Source of the DNA: Candidatus Latescibacterota bacterium
Lineage (GTDB): Bacteria > Latescibacterota > CBDEFO01
Direction: 5' to 3'
DNA: 64,000 bases
Assembly (NCBI GenBank): GCA_965248755.1
Contig: OZ252149.1
Location: forward strand, 1,312,001-1,376,000
Shown: positions 62,340-64,000 of the stretch, one piece after another
How the letters are laid out: each line of letters opens with the position of its first letter
Numbering within the stretch: position 1 is the stretch's first letter
The notes under the pieces: model-generated
The model's input: only the letters and a program-made list of their open reading frames with translations
What the model was told of the DNA's origin: nothing
Databases searched by the model: none
Position numbers and translations under genes: made by a program

Positions 62340-63116
62340 CTATTTGAGCAGAAACTTTAAAGTTATGATCGCTCTTTGATCTACCTGTTCTTGACCCCCT
62401 GCCAGGGGTTTGAAGCGCCATCTTCGAAGAGCAGTCATCGCGGCGTTTTCAAGTTGAATATTCAATTTGATCACAACGCTCATGCTCGGTTTAACGTTGC
62501 CCTTGGGATCGACCCAGAACTCTATCTTCACGTTGCCCTCTTCCTGAACGCCGGGTGGATATGTGGGGCGCACAGAGCTTATTATGTCTCTGATCTTGCC
62601 CTCCCATTCGATCTCGAAGCTGACGACATCTTTGCCCACATTCTCCGATTCTATTCCGGCCCCCGGCTCTGTTCCGACTCCGACCCTTTCGTTTATGAAC
62701 GTCTCTTTTTTCCTTGTCGTGCCTATACCGGTCTGGGACTGATCGTAAGACGTTTGGCTTTTGGGAACAAATATCTCTTTTTTCTGTTCCTCCGAAACGT
62801 CCTGTGTGGAGATTAACTTCTGCTCTTTGGGGACGTAGATAGTAGGCTCTTCGATCTCCAACATCTTGCGATCAGGAGCCTGCACCCTTTGAGTTGGATC
62901 CTTGTCCTCTTCCTGGTCACTTGAGAACTCCTCCATGGCGCGCTCGATGCTCGCCTTGGATATTTGTCCCAGGCTCATTTCTACAAAGACAGGGCGTTCT
63001 AATTCGACCCCTACCGTGATCTTGAATAGTATAAGGGCAAGCAGGACATGAAGGGCAACCGATATAAAAAAAGCTCCCAGCAGGTTTTCAGTGATTCTTC
63101 CCGGAATATCTTTCAG
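62340..63116 (-). CDS. TonB-family energy transducer, probable CTG start
   Basis: PTYP...G.V.IEFWVD..G...WRFKP; frame is open upstream of the ATG at 62978 through a SVALH TM helix. Confidence 0.8.
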   Translation of the reverse strand: MKDIPGRITENLLGAFFISVALHVLLALILFKITVGVELERPVFVEMSLGQISKASIERAMEEFSSDQEEDKDPTQRVQAPDRKMLEIEEPTIYVPKEQKLISTQDVSEEQKKEIFVPKSQTSYDQSQTGIGTTRKKETFINERVGVGTEPGAGIESENVGKDVVSFEIEWEGKIRDIISSVRPTYPPGVQEEGNVKIEFWVDPKGNVKPSMSVVIKLNIQLENAAMTALRRWRFKPLAGGQEQVDQRAIITLKFLLK

Positions 63117-63251
63117 TGGTACTCACCACCTTTAAATAGTGGACTGGGCAAAAGTTAAGGCTCTTCAACGGGCAGGGCATCCAGCCAGAAAGACATTACA
63201 CTTAGTGCCTTTGTGTCCTTGTGTCTCCCTTCAGGCTAGGCTTCGGCTTCT

Positions 63252-63659
63252 TCACTCTTGGATTACCTGTGTAGCGATCAGGAAGTCCTCAGCGCCTGCC
63301 CTTTTGGATACGTCGATGACGTCCACCAGCTTTTCCACCGACACCCGCTTATCCGGCCTGATAACCACAGCCGGATTGCCCAGAGAGCTTGTGATCATCT
63401 GCCTGATTTGAGACGGGAGCACAGACCTGGACACCCTCTTATCGTTTAAATAGAGCGTCCCGTCCTGTGCTATCGTTACTACAATAGCCTTTTCAGCGCT
63501 GACTTCGGTACTTGCGGTTCTCGGAAGCTCAACCTTGATCCCCGGCTGAAGTATGTACGTGGAGGACAAAAGGAAAAACACAAGAAGGAGAAAGACTATA
63601 TCTGTGAGGGATATAGTCGCAAAACTCGTGATCATACGACTTTTCGGCCTTATGTTCAT
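63252..63659 (-). CDS. exbD: Biopolymer transport protein ExbD/TolR
   Basis: SLTDIVFLLLVFFLL, VELP. Confidence 0.92.
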   Translation of the reverse strand: MNIRPKSRMITSFATISLTDIVFLLLVFFLLSSTYILQPGIKVELPRTASTEVSAEKAIVVTIAQDGTLYLNDKRVSRSVLPSQIRQMITSSLGNPAVVIRPDKRVSVEKLVDVIDVSKRAGAEDFLIATQVIQE

Positions 63660-64000
63660 TTTTCATCCTCTCTAAAAAGCAGGTTCAGAAGTTCCGCAGA
63701 ACTCGTCTCTATCTCGAATGCGTGCCTTTGTATTCTGCTTATAAAGTAGTTGTAAAAGATTAAGGCCGGAATTCCCACAGTCAATCCCTCAGCTGTCGTG
63801 ACCATAGCCTCCCAGATGCCTCCCGCCAGAACTTGAGTGTTCACGTTCCCGCCCAGGTCCTCAATTTTCATGAATGCCTTTATCATCCCCGTTACCGTTC
63901 CCAAGAAGCCTATCAGCGGAGCCACTCCTGCTACAGTTCCCAGGATGCCAACGCGTCTTTCAAGCTGAAACACCTCGGCGTTTCCGGCGTTTTCTATAGC
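63656..64000 (-). CDS. exbB: MotA/TolQ/ExbB proton channel (5' end outside window)
   Basis: APLIGFLGTVTGMI, GGIWEAMVTTA. Confidence 0.92.
   Translation of the reverse strand, partial: AIENAGNAEVFQLERRVGILGTVAGVAPLIGFLGTVTGMIKAFMKIEDLGGNVNTQVLAGGIWEAMVTTAEGLTVGIPALIFYNYFISRIQRHAFEIETSSAELLNLLFREDEK

Overview
Bacterial chromosomal window, probably from an uncultured lineage; the taxonomy cannot be fixed from sequence alone. Core genes include eno, fmt, yajC, tgt, a ClpX-like ATPase, clpP, thiD(N), moaA, rpe, aspS, thiT and tonB/exbD/exbB, interspersed with signalling genes (HDOD hybrid kinase, REC-XRE, sigma-54 regulator, four cNMP-binding proteins). Most notable: (1) a minus-strand integron cassette region at about 9.7-18.4 kb with at least six attC sites and two diverged attI+Pc platforms, where an amidohydrolase gene sits at the position normally taken by intI and no integrase is present in the window; (2) a family of ~21-nt palindromes found intergenically, nested in other repeats, and in-frame inside fmt and a TPR lipoprotein, with similar hairpins in aspS and an acyl-CoA ligase; (3) a probable DUF3179 selenoprotein split at an in-frame TGA; (4) a ~235-bp TA-flanked MITE in four copies; (5) an IS1380-family element interrupting a cNMP-binding gene; (6) a MetE-like/thioesterase/MaoC/acyl-CoA ligase operon. 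Several frameshifted or truncated genes are present. No rRNA, tRNA or CRISPR array was seen. All calls come from reading the sequence by eye; no database searches were run.
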